From NCBI GenBank assembly GCA_023271875.1, contig JALPWY010000003.1:3888-67887 (forward strand): a DNA stretch of 64,000 nucleotides, in the 5' to 3' direction. Numbering within the stretch: position 1 is the first letter of the stretch; every line of letters begins with the position of its first letter. A program made the position numbers and the translations under genes. This document shows, in pieces, positions 19,854 through 28,478 of this stretch. The notes under the pieces were generated by a model that had not been told where the DNA came from, did not search any database, and saw only the letters and a list, made by a program, of their open reading frames with translations. Source of the stretch: Nitrospinaceae bacterium (GTDB taxonomy: Bacteria; Nitrospinota; Nitrospinia; Nitrospinales; VA-1).

Positions 19854-21230
19854 ATGAGTGACACCATCGCTGCCATAGCCACACCAACGGGTGAAGGAGG
19901 AATAAGCGTAATCCGCTTCAGTGGAGTGGATTCGCTTTCGGTTGCTCTAAAACTTTTTTGCTCACCTAGTGGCAACTCAGTGGAAAAACTTTCTCCCCAT
20001 AAAGCTCATTTCGGCTCTATCTATGACCCAACAACTAGAAAGTGTGTGGATGAAGTTGTGCTCACCTGGTTTAAAACCCCCAAAAGTTATACTGGTGAAG
20101 ACGTAATCGAGATTAGTGCTCATGGCGGAATATTCGTTTCATCTCGAATACTTGGGCTCGCCCTAGACCATGGAGCACGCCTTGCGGAACCAGGAGAGTT
20201 TACGCGCCGCGCGTTTATGAATGGTCGCATCGATTTATCACAGGCTGAAGCAGTCGCTGACCTTATATCCGCATCTTCCGAGAGAGCACTGCAGGGGTCT
20301 GTCATGCAACTCAAAGGGCGTCTTTCTAAAAAAATCACTGCGCTTTATGATCGCCTCCTCTTTGTTCTTAGCCAGACAGAAGCTGCTATCGACTTTCCTG
20401 AAGAAGGATTAGATTTTCAAAAACGCGAGAAGTCAATCAGTGAACTAAAACAAGTCCGTGAAGAAATATCCGATTTAATCAGTACCTATAAACAGGGGAA
20501 AATATCCCGTGAAGGAGCATCGGTTGCGCTTGTCGGTAAACCCAACGTCGGCAAATCCAGTTTGCTTAATGCTCTGCTTCAAGAGGACCGCGCTATCGTG
20601 ACCCCACACCCAGGAACCACCCGGGATACACTGGAAGAAAAAGTACGCATAAAGGACACTCATATAAATATTATTGATTCAGCGGGACTGCGTAAGCACC
20701 CTGAAATTATTGAACAAGAAGGTATCCGAAGAACCCGCTCTGCCATTGATAACGCTGATCTCACCCTTGTCATTTTTGACCGTTCGCAGCCTCTAGACGA
20801 AAATGACGACCTCATTTGCAAAGAAACCCATAATAAGTCTACACTAATCGTCATCAACAAATGCGATCTACCCGAACAGTGGCCAATCGAGAACTTGAAC
20901 GAAAAAATTAAAACCGACACACTTATTTTTGTTTCTGCTAAAGAACAAAGTGGCCTAGATTCTCTTATAGATGCTATTTATAATTGCGTTATCAACGCAG
21001 AAAAAAGTAGCGATACTATTTTTATATCGCGTGAACGGCATCGCTTAAGCTTAGTTCAAGCCTCCTACTCGTTAGAAAAAACTCTTATCTCATTAGAAAA
21101 GCAGCTATCGGAAGAGTTTGTAGCTATTGACCTTAGTATCGCAATGAATCATCTTGCAGCCATCTTAGGAAAGGCTATCGAGGATGAATTACTGGATCAA
21201 ATTTTTAACTCTTTCTGTATCGGTAAATAA
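19854..21230 (+). CDS. mnmE: tRNA modification GTPase MnmE
   Basis: Motifs: DTIAAIATPTGEGGISVIRFSG, G1 GKPNVGKSSLLNAL, DSAGLR, and the C-terminal CIGK. Confidence 0.93.
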   Translation: MSDTIAAIATPTGEGGISVIRFSGVDSLSVALKLFCSPSGNSVEKLSPHKAHFGSIYDPTTRKCVDEVVLTWFKTPKSYTGEDVIEISAHGGIFVSSRILGLALDHGARLAEPGEFTRRAFMNGRIDLSQAEAVADLISASSERALQGSVMQLKGRLSKKITALYDRLLFVLSQTEAAIDFPEEGLDFQKREKSISELKQVREEISDLISTYKQGKISREGASVALVGKPNVGKSSLLNALLQEDRAIVTPHPGTTRDTLEEKVRIKDTHINIIDSAGLRKHPEIIEQEGIRRTRSAIDNADLTLVIFDRSQPLDENDDLICKETHNKSTLIVINKCDLPEQWPIENLNEKIKTDTLIFVSAKEQSGLDSLIDAIYNCVINAEKSSDTIFISRERHRLSLVQASYSLEKTLISLEKQLSEEFVAIDLSIAMNHLAAILGKAIEDELLDQIFNSFCIGK

Positions 21231-21254
21231 CTTAAAGCTAGATTTAAAAATCTG

Positions 21255-21602
21255 ATGACCATTAACAAAACTTTACACATCCAACCCATTACTCTCAATG
21301 AAAGGCTTGAAAAGGGTGATGATATTTGCCTAATCGATGTTCGTGATGACTGGGAATACTCTTTGACCTCTATTAAAGGATCGAACCACATTCCGCTAAA
21401 TGAATTAGTGGATCGTGTCCAAGAAATTATGTTTGAAGAAGAAATTGTAGTTTATTGCCATCACGGGGAGAGAGCGTTCCTGGGAGCACAGATTTTAATA
21501 GAGTCTGGGTTTAAGAAAGTTTATCACCTGATGGGGGGAATTGATGCTTGGTCGCAAGTAGTTGACCCAAAAATTCCAAGGTACAAAAGTGAATCTTTTT
21601 AA
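21255..21602 (+). CDS. Single-domain rhodanese sulfurtransferase
   Basis: Active-site loop VVYCHHGERA and GGIDAW. Confidence 0.8.
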   Translation: MTINKTLHIQPITLNERLEKGDDICLIDVRDDWEYSLTSIKGSNHIPLNELVDRVQEIMFEEEIVVYCHHGERAFLGAQILIESGFKKVYHLMGGIDAWSQVVDPKIPRYKSESF

Positions 21603-21708
21603 TGTCAAAAAAATAAAAGTTATAACTCTCTCTATTTAATAATTTTAATTTTATATCAAATGATTCGGAGTGGGATCGTTTACGCGCTTTGCTAGTTATG
21701 GCTCTAGA

Positions 21709-23181
21709 CTATACTTTAGCGTCAAGTCCCCGCACAACAACATCACGCATAATGTCGGTCGGAGCCTTTTGTCCGGTCCATAACTCGAACTGTCCAACAG
21801 CTTGATTGACGAATAATTCAACTCCCGAAATAGTGACACATCCGGCCACTTTAGCTTCCCGAATCAAACGAGTCTCTATAGGATTATAAACAGAATCAAA
21901 AACGACCATTCCCTTTCGCAAGCACCGAGATGAAACTGGTGTTTCTTCCAGGTTGGGACTCATTCCAACTGGCGAACAGTTGATAAGCACATCTATTTCT
22001 TCTTTATCTACCTCCTGAATACTAACAACCTTTGCTTTTAGTTCTCTACCTAATCGAACTCCTTTTTCTTTATCTCGATTATAAGTGACTGTAATCTTCG
22101 CACCTTTCTCATAAACTCCATATCCAATCGCTTTTGCGGTTCCACCCGCACCAACAATGAGCACGTTCTTATTTTTAAGATCGACATGTTTTTCTAGTGC
22201 TTTCAAAGCACCCATACAATCAGTGTTGTAACCTTTCCATCCTTTTCCATCGCGCACCACCGTATTGACCGCTCCTATTTTTTTAGCAGTCTCATCGATT
22301 TCGTCCATTACAGCCATGATATCTTCCTTAAATGGCATCGTCACACTCAGGCCCTCAAAGTATGGACTAAACCCTTTAAAAAATTTTTCCACATTATCTA
22401 CAAGAAAAGGAACATAGATATCAGTTGACCCTGTTTCTTTAAATGCTCGGTTATGGATAAGATATCCCATGCTCTTATAGACTGGATTTCCTATCACGCC
22501 AAAAATTTTAAACGAATCTCGTTTATCACATACGCGGTAGATATCTTTCAGGATTGCACCAGTAATCTGGCCTGGAGCAGTTTCCTTGCCTGTTTCTAAT
22601 GAACCGAAAGTTAAAAATCCTCCTAATAGTGGCGAAAGAACCCGACTTACTTCTCCTTTCTCCCCCATGCACAACGCGATGAGTTTTTTATCATCCTTTT
22701 TAGATCGGTGAAGGAGCTCAAATAAAGCGAGGTTATTAGTAATGTCACGGGCATAAGTAACAATCTTAAGTATATCCGCCGGCATCCCACACATCAAATC
22801 ATATAGGTGGCCGATTTCCTCAGGAGTATCAGTAAAATTGTGATACGAAAGTATAACCTTTGATTGGTGTTCGGATTCTAGAAATGGCTTTAACAGTTCC
22901 TTTGGAGTGGATGTTTCGATATCAACATATTCTGCGCCAGCTGCCACAGCCTGTTTTAGCAATCCAATTCTCTGTTCTTCACTCCCAGAAAACTGCCCTC
23001 CTTCGCGTTTAGTTCGATTAGTAACAATACAAGGCTTTGTAGAAGCACTGAGAAGATCATCAAGGTCGTAATCAATCATGAGGTCAAGACGTAACTCAAG
23101 AATATCCGCCAATGGTTCTGCAGCGGCAATATCTTCTAATGATTTATGCTGGGTGGGACCAACAATAGGAATGCAGATCAT
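21709..23181 (-). CDS. aroDE: Bifunctional 3-dehydroquinate dehydratase (type I) / shikimate dehydrogenase
   Basis: N-terminal type I DHQase (ELRLDL, SYHNF) is fused to AroE (GVIGNPV..S.SP..HN, GAGGTAKAI). The ATG at 23181 is preferred over the upstream TTG at 23223. Confidence 0.85.
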   Translation of the reverse strand: MICIPIVGPTQHKSLEDIAAAEPLADILELRLDLMIDYDLDDLLSASTKPCIVTNRTKREGGQFSGSEEQRIGLLKQAVAAGAEYVDIETSTPKELLKPFLESEHQSKVILSYHNFTDTPEEIGHLYDLMCGMPADILKIVTYARDITNNLALFELLHRSKKDDKKLIALCMGEKGEVSRVLSPLLGGFLTFGSLETGKETAPGQITGAILKDIYRVCDKRDSFKIFGVIGNPVYKSMGYLIHNRAFKETGSTDIYVPFLVDNVEKFFKGFSPYFEGLSVTMPFKEDIMAVMDEIDETAKKIGAVNTVVRDGKGWKGYNTDCMGALKALEKHVDLKNKNVLIVGAGGTAKAIGYGVYEKGAKITVTYNRDKEKGVRLGRELKAKVVSIQEVDKEEIDVLINCSPVGMSPNLEETPVSSRCLRKGMVVFDSVYNPIETRLIREAKVAGCVTISGVELFVNQAVGQFELWTGQKAPTDIMRDVVVRGLDAKV

Positions 23182-23265
23182 GGAAAGGTTGTATACGAAA
23201 TTTCTAACTCGCGCAAGCCTCAAGAATAATTCTGGGTAAAGAGGGTTCTCTTTTAATCATTCAGT

Positions 23266-23293
23266 TAGAAATTTTCTCAGTATGCTCCGATAA
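23266..23293 (+). promoter_or_regulatory. Weak sigma-28-like motif, antisense orientation
   Basis: TCCGATAA (23286-23293) is identical to the -10 of the two stronger plus-strand motifs. The -35 region is poor (TAGAAATT/AGAAATTT). Confidence 0.2.
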
Positions 23294-23331
23294 GCGACTC
23301 AACATCATTACTCGAAGTAGGCTTGGCCTCA

Positions 23332-23772
23332 TTAGAAGGGGGTTGCTTCATCTAATTCCTTTTGTTTTTCCACGGCAGTTTCTTTAGCAGCGGCCTGCTC
23401 CGTAATTTCTTTGGATTTTTCCAAAAACTTTTCTCTAACGCCTTCAAATTGGTAAGACAGATCCTCTGTCTCCTTCTCCTTACGCTCCTTGGATTTTTCT
23501 AAAGCATTCTGAGTAACCCTCTCCGCATAAGAAAGAGACTCAACATTTTCTTCTGAAGTGGGCTTCGCCTCAGTCGACACTTGGCTTGAGTTTTGGATCG
23601 CGGCAAGAGCAGCATCAATTGCACGTTTCTTCAGTGCTTCGGGCGAAATGGTAACACGATCGACCTGGTTTTGGATTGTTCTGACAGGGTTTTTCCTGCT
23701 CAACTCACCCATACGAGTTTGTTGGTCGTACTTTCCAAAAATCTGATTTACTGGGATAATTGATAGGGTCAT
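23332..23772 (-). CDS. Hypothetical flagellar-cluster protein, 146 aa, Lys/Glu-rich
   Basis: Last gene of the fliD-like operon, 21 nt after the FlgN-like gene. It has a short FlgM-reminiscent stretch (VDRVTISPEALKK), which is not enough for a call. Confidence 0.45.
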   Translation of the reverse strand: MTLSIIPVNQIFGKYDQQTRMGELSRKNPVRTIQNQVDRVTISPEALKKRAIDAALAAIQNSSQVSTEAKPTSEENVESLSYAERVTQNALEKSKERKEKETEDLSYQFEGVREKFLEKSKEITEQAAAKETAVEKQKELDEATPF

Positions 23773-23793
23773 TTAAATCTTTCTCATAGCAGA

Positions 23794-24234
23794 TCAAACT
23801 TTTCTCGAGATAAGCGGTCTGTTTTTAAGGAAGCTGCCGTATCTCTTTCCGATTTTTTTTTCCTTTTGTAACCCGAAAATCCTTTTTTCAACTTCTTTCA
23901 TTTTGAGACCAATCTCGGTCTCACATTCCTCTTCCATACGAATGATTGTCTCAAGTAGTTTTTCAAGGCTTGTCTTTAAAGTTTCCCCTTCTTGTTCCAA
24001 ACTTTGAATTTCTTCTGGAGGTAATGATTGCTGTCCTGCACTTACTTCACCTTCAAGGTCATGAAAAATTTCTATGATCGTATTTTTTTCTTTAATAATT
24101 TCAAGAACCCGTACCTCATCTTTACCTTCAATTGCTTTTTTTTGTTCCCTTATCTTGCTGATTAGATCCTTAAAACAAGACTCCTCCTTTTTCAAGCTGT
24201 CTAGAATCAATTGTTTTGTTTTTTTTATATTCAC
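23794..24234 (-). CDS. FlgN-like flagellar export chaperone (tentative)
   Basis: 146-aa all-helical Glu/Lys/Leu-rich protein with a FlgN-like heptad pattern. It abuts the fliD-like stop codon. Confidence 0.45.
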   Translation of the reverse strand: MNIKKTKQLILDSLKKEESCFKDLISKIREQKKAIEGKDEVRVLEIIKEKNTIIEIFHDLEGEVSAGQQSLPPEEIQSLEQEGETLKTSLEKLLETIIRMEEECETEIGLKMKEVEKRIFGLQKEKKIGKRYGSFLKNRPLISRKV

Positions 24235-26100
24235 TTAAACTACCGCGATAAGATTTTTAACTGTCTGGTTTAACCTGGAAACCTCAGTAAACTTATGTAG
24301 TTTCTCTAGAGGCAAGCTAGGGGTTTTTGTTTGAATTACAACCTGCTTGATTTTTTGATCCAAGTCCCCAAGATTTTTTCTAAGCAAATTCTCCAACTGT
24401 TTACTCAACAGGGGAAGAATGCCTGCCTCTTCGTCAGTAAAGATCTTAAGAGTTTCCTCAGCATTAACCTCCAGCGCCTTTTTTAACTTTGGTTCATCAA
24501 CGACAAAAGTATTATCATTACTAGTTCTAATTCCTGCAGAATTTAATCGGGTCGTGACATCTTTTGTCGTATTTGAAAAAGGAGTGGTAGATCCATCTAA
24601 AATATCTGCCAACGCTATAGAAGTTGATAGCTCCTGCACAGTTTTTTTCTCCGTGTTGACTACTCCGAACCCTATTTCCTGTAAATTTTCTGAAGTAACA
24701 CGAAATATATCGATTTCCTCATTACGCTTTTCAATAATTCTGGTTTTTTCCTGAGCTTGAATCGTTAGATCGTTGCGTATATTCTGTATTTCCTTATCTT
24801 TGCTAAACTCTTTTGACTGAGAAAGAACATCATTGATCTGACGAAGGGAGTCGTTGAAGTGATTGAAGAAAGTTTTAATCTGATCAATGGCATTGGTCGC
24901 ATCGAAAAAAATCTGAATATTTGATTTTCTCACTGACACTTCTAATGCTGTTATAATAGCGTCTTCAGAAATATTGGTGAATTCATTAAAATCACTTTCA
25001 ATTGTTTCTGGTTCCGCAAAACTTCTATCCACTTCAACCAATGCTGATCGAGGTGTGACGTTAAGGTTGATCGATGGAAACCTGTCTAGTAATTGGTCGG
25101 CGTCAAACTGAAACTCTTTTTGAATTGGAAGTCCCTTGAGATTGAGTTCAAAAAAACCGAGCTGAAGTAAAATATTATCACCGTCCCTTAGGTCTATCTT
25201 TGTTGACCCACCAGCAAGACTTGACAAAATCAGGCGATTGTTGACAACTGATGCCTTTACCCCGCTTTCTATAGTTCCACCATCCAACCGATCGTTATCA
25301 ATAGTGTCCTCATCCGGGTCCAGCTCTCCGTTTCCATTAAGGTCTTCCGTTAAATAGAACCCTCCTCCAAATTCGCTTGCACTGAAGGAAATGACATCAA
25401 GACTCCCATTATTATTTATGTCCTCAACACCATCCAACTTGCCGTTATTGTTTGTGTCTTCGCCACGATTGATTTTATCTCTTAATTCAAAAATCGAATC
25501 CGTAGTCTCGACCGAGATTTTGAATCCATTAACATAAAAATTTCCACTGAGTCCAATAGCTTCTATAGGTGTGGATTGCTCATCCGATGCCAAGGTGCTG
25601 CTAACCATTTTTCTTGTTGGAGCAACGGTGAATCTTCCTGTCGGCGAAGTTTTTCCTGCTTGAATTTTTACGAGTTCTTCGCGCGACGAGTCTGCTGCAT
25701 TTAGATTAAATGCACCGTTATTGCGAAAAATATTTACGGTGGTCTGTAGCGTTTTAAGAGAAGCGCGAAGACTGCTCAATCGCTCAACCTTCAAATCGGA
25801 AAACCGACTGTTTCGTTCAATATCATCAGCGATGGGAAATTTATTTCTTTCTGACTTTTCCGTAACAACGTTGATTGCATTGCCCAAACGGAAGCCCGCC
25901 AATGGGCCACCCCCCTCAAAAACCGGAACCCGCCTTCCAACAATATTTAATGATTGAAATACAAGATCGTTTATTCCCGACCTAGGTTGGCCTCCAGAGT
26001 TGAGGTCATCCTTTGCCTTGCTAACGGTCGCTTTATTTCCACCAGAAACGGTAAAGGGGGAGGTGAATAAAAATGAATTACTAGTACCTGAAACTTCCAT
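24235..26100 (-). CDS. fliD: Flagellar filament cap (hook-associated protein 2) FliD-like protein with an Asp/Asn-loop insertion
   Basis: The central region SGNFYVNGFKISVETTDSIFELRDKIN and the coiled N- and C-termini resemble FliD. I trimmed the start to the ATG at 26100, preceded by GAGGGG. The 87-codon upstream extension in the ORF track looks non-coding. Confidence 0.6.
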   Translation of the reverse strand: MEVSGTSNSFLFTSPFTVSGGNKATVSKAKDDLNSGGQPRSGINDLVFQSLNIVGRRVPVFEGGGPLAGFRLGNAINVVTEKSERNKFPIADDIERNSRFSDLKVERLSSLRASLKTLQTTVNIFRNNGAFNLNAADSSREELVKIQAGKTSPTGRFTVAPTRKMVSSTLASDEQSTPIEAIGLSGNFYVNGFKISVETTDSIFELRDKINRGEDTNNNGKLDGVEDINNNGSLDVISFSASEFGGGFYLTEDLNGNGELDPDEDTIDNDRLDGGTIESGVKASVVNNRLILSSLAGGSTKIDLRDGDNILLQLGFFELNLKGLPIQKEFQFDADQLLDRFPSINLNVTPRSALVEVDRSFAEPETIESDFNEFTNISEDAIITALEVSVRKSNIQIFFDATNAIDQIKTFFNHFNDSLRQINDVLSQSKEFSKDKEIQNIRNDLTIQAQEKTRIIEKRNEEIDIFRVTSENLQEIGFGVVNTEKKTVQELSTSIALADILDGSTTPFSNTTKDVTTRLNSAGIRTSNDNTFVVDEPKLKKALEVNAEETLKIFTDEEAGILPLLSKQLENLLRKNLGDLDQKIKQVVIQTKTPSLPLEKLHKFTEVSRLNQTVKNLIAVV

Positions 26101-26135
26101 CGTGCCCCTCAAGTCGAGAAAAAACAGAAAAAAAA

Positions 26136-26163
26136 TAAAGATTTCCCGTTTTTTCTCCGATAA
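26136..26163 (+). promoter_or_regulatory. Sigma-28-type promoter motif, antisense to the flagellar genes
   Basis: TAAAGATT (26136-26143), 12-nt spacer, TCCGATAA (26156-26163), compared with the consensus TAAAGTTT-N11-GCCGATAA. Confidence 0.35.
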
Positions 26164-26500
26164 GAGCACAAGGAACAGCTTTGCCAAGACTAGAAATAAA
26201 AAACGCTCGTCGGCGCCATATCGCGTCGACTTAGCCTTTACCAGGTATTTATATCCGGTGCTGGCTCCAGTTCGGCAGGCTTGCCTCAAGGAAGCAGGCC
26301 ACTCTTTTTGCAAAGAAAGAGTTAGTTCCAAAAATCGATTATTCTCCATCACTCTGCACACTCCCCAGTATGCTTTACAGATGGTGAAATATCAGATTTA
26401 GGAATGAATCCACGTGCTCAACTGTTGGTAATCCACCGGATGTGACCCGGCGGGCGTAACTTTTTGCTCCTTAAAAATAATCCTTAATTAAGACATTTTA

Positions 26501-27175
26501 TTAAATCATCTCATCGATGGTTTTACCCACCCCTGATTCAGGTTGACCCGGTTTAGTCTCCTTTGGCCTATCCTGCTCAACTCCTTCTGCCCGCGCTTTT
26601 GCTGACTGAACATTGAGCGGATGATCCTGATCTACCTTTGATGTCGTGCCCACAGCCTCCTCATGTCCCCCAAGCCCACTGGCAGCCCTGTTACTGTATC
26701 CACCAAATCCAGCCCCTTCGGTAGACCTTTCAGACTTACCCATGCTATTGCCCATACTAGCTGGTGTACTGCCACTTAAGATTTTCATCATTTCATTTTG
26801 CAGTTCGCTCGGCTTACGCACTTCATCTGGATGTTTCAATTGGGCACGATTTTTTTCTCTAACGGAACTATCAGGCTTATCAATTCGCGAATCTGATTGA
26901 CGAGCAGCTTCAGCTTGAGCTGCAAGGTTCACGCTTATTTCATCTGCAGAAGACATTTTACTGTTATCGTTTACCTTCTGTTTTTCTGCAGGTGTAAGCC
27001 CCGTATTTTTCTGAATCAGGTCATTTTTATGATTCTCTTTTAAAACCTGGGTTAATTTTTTTCCTGTGTTCTGCGCGTCATGTTTTGTGGCCTGCAGCTC
27101 ATTGGCCTTCGGCCCACCTTTCGCGTGTAACTGTGATGATATGTCCGTTGTTACTCCACTTATCCCACTTGCCAT
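26501..27175 (-). CDS. Hypothetical low-complexity, probably disordered protein, 224 aa
   Basis: Long ORF with a strong RBS (GGGGGTGA) and a sigma-28-type promoter upstream. It is Ser/Lys/Gly/Gln-rich with no hydrophobic core visible. Confidence 0.55.
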   Translation of the reverse strand: MASGISGVTTDISSQLHAKGGPKANELQATKHDAQNTGKKLTQVLKENHKNDLIQKNTGLTPAEKQKVNDNSKMSSADEISVNLAAQAEAARQSDSRIDKPDSSVREKNRAQLKHPDEVRKPSELQNEMMKILSGSTPASMGNSMGKSERSTEGAGFGGYSNRAASGLGGHEEAVGTTSKVDQDHPLNVQSAKARAEGVEQDRPKETKPGQPESGVGKTIDEMI

Positions 27176-27301
27176 TTTCTCACCCCCAAAAAAATAGAAA
27201 AACCTATTCCTTCATGAACCACATAATTATTTATAGATTATTCCTTATGCTCTAATTTAAACTCGCCTTTTTTCTAGTAAGAATTTCCTTCAAAGAAAAC
27301 A

Positions 27302-27328
27302 TAAAGTTTAAGTTTTTCAATCCGATAA
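27302..27328 (+). promoter_or_regulatory. Sigma-28 (FliA)-type promoter, plus strand, with no downstream plus-strand gene for more than 1.1 kb
   Basis: TAAAGTTT (27302-27309), 11 nt, TCCGATAA (27321-27328). This matches the consensus at 15 of 16 positions. Confidence 0.5.
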
Positions 27329-27421
27329 GCAATACAGGTAGTTTAGTACCTCGACCTGAAAACCTTTAAAAAATATATTAACTCACCTCTGATCCATTCA
27401 GCATAGAACCTTACTATTACC

Positions 27422-27448
27422 CCATCGGAAAAAACATGGAAAACTTTA
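27422..27448 (-). promoter_or_regulatory. Sigma-28 (FliA)-type promoter for the 224-aa gene
   Basis: Read on the minus strand: TAAAGTTT (27448-27441), 11 nt, TCCGATGG (27429-27422). This matches at 13 of 16 positions, and the orientation is correct for 26501..27175. Confidence 0.5.
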
Positions 27449-27454
27449 GCTCAA

Positions 27455-27530
27455 AAGCTATTTTTTTTTAAAAAATAGCTTAAAAAAACTTCTCCAGTAG
27501 TTGAAAAAAATAAACACCTTTTTTTTCAAC
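27455..27530 (-). terminator. Two AT-rich perfect hairpins downstream of the 198-aa gene (possible terminator)
   Basis: First hairpin: AAGCTATTTTT / AAAAATAGCTT (27455-27481). Second hairpin: GTTGAAAAAA / TTTTTTCAAC (27500-27530). On the minus strand they are followed by T runs. Confidence 0.35.
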
Positions 27531-27573
27531 CACTTAATAAAAAACCTGACGAATATTATGTTGATTTTGAGAT

Positions 27574-28170
27574 CTAATGCGAACGAAGGTGAGGCAGGAG
27601 GTTGGACCACTCCTGATAATAAGGAAGGATTTCATACTCGAGTAGGTCAGCCAGCAACACCCAGTCTTGATTTTTGTTGGCATCCACCATTTGCTGTGTC
27701 AAGTCCACCAAACTAGCTCGCCGATCTTGAATACTTTTGCCATCAAAAACCGTATCTGGAGATATTGCTTTCGCTGTCAAAATCATGTCTAACACCTGAG
27801 TAAGCCAGTCGATTCCATCTATGATATTGATAAAAAACTTATTGGCCTCTTGCTCGTTGCCCATTCTGAATAGTTCGACAGATTTCTCTATACCTGGAAT
27901 CAATCGTATTAGATAAGCATCTGCATTCTCTATATTTTTATTAATAATGTCCGACAGGGTAGAAATTTCTACCTCTAGGGTTGCGATTTCTGATAGTGGT
28001 GTCTTCTGAGCCTCGGGTGAATCAGGAGAGGATTCTTGCCCATCAATTTTGATGGACTTGACAACATTTCCCTGTGGTACGCCCTGCTTCTCTATATGAA
28101 GAAGCAAATCTCCCAGCGTTTCTCCCATGTAGGAAACAGTTTCTTCTTTTCCATTTACTAGTAATTTCAT
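27574..28170 (-). CDS. Hypothetical protein, 198 aa; N-terminal ThiS/beta-grasp-like segment, helical C-terminal part with a faint FliS-like pattern
   Basis: RBS AGGA is present. The N-terminus MKLLVNGKEETV is beta-grasp-like. The C-terminal MVDANKNQDWVLLADLLEYEILPYYQEW recalls the FliS ...AN...D...L.E....W helix. This is a weak, by-eye resemblance only. Confidence 0.5.
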   Translation of the reverse strand: MKLLVNGKEETVSYMGETLGDLLLHIEKQGVPQGNVVKSIKIDGQESSPDSPEAQKTPLSEIATLEVEISTLSDIINKNIENADAYLIRLIPGIEKSVELFRMGNEQEANKFFINIIDGIDWLTQVLDMILTAKAISPDTVFDGKSIQDRRASLVDLTQQMVDANKNQDWVLLADLLEYEILPYYQEWSNLLPHLRSH

Positions 28171-28478
28171 ATCGCCGTCCTACAATTTAAGAATCAAACC
28201 TGCCTAGCTTTGAGGGTATTCTATATACTAGTCGGGTCAGGAGCAAGCCGGAACGAAACGTACAAACCAACAATAACTAGAAACTTATATGGAATCAGTA
28301 CGGAGTCTATAATTGTTGATATTTAAGACATAAGTAGCTATCCATCTTGTCCAATAGTAGGGTGAAGTCGTTTGGCAAGTAATTTGACTAGCTGAATCTA
28401 TGCTGCTCTAACAAGACCCATAAACCCAATAAACAGAAGCTAGCGTCTACAAATCCAACTTGACCCTACCCCCTTGAA

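Noticed and set aside
26101-26361. 87-codon N-terminal extension of the FliD-like ORF, together with the overlapping plus-strand ORF 26000..26401.
   Set aside because: The extension translates to an implausible sequence (MCRVMENNRFLELTLSL...FIFFLFFLDL). The internal ATG at 26100 has a good GAGGGG RBS. I therefore treat the region as intergenic.
27501-27716. Plus-strand 71-aa ORF downstream of the plus-strand sigma-28 motif, considered as its possible target gene.
   Set aside because: It begins inside an AT-rich hairpin and has no RBS. The product is low-complexity, and it overlaps the 3' end of the well-supported 198-aa minus-strand gene.
28374-28389. Sigma-54-like promoter TGGCAAgtaatTTGAc upstream of the 28479 ORF; likewise TGGCTCcagttCGGCA at 26263-26278 (plus strand).
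   Set aside because: The first lacks the near-invariant -12 GC (it has GA). The second has a poor -12 box (CGGCA) and points at no gene. Neither is good enough to report as a feature.
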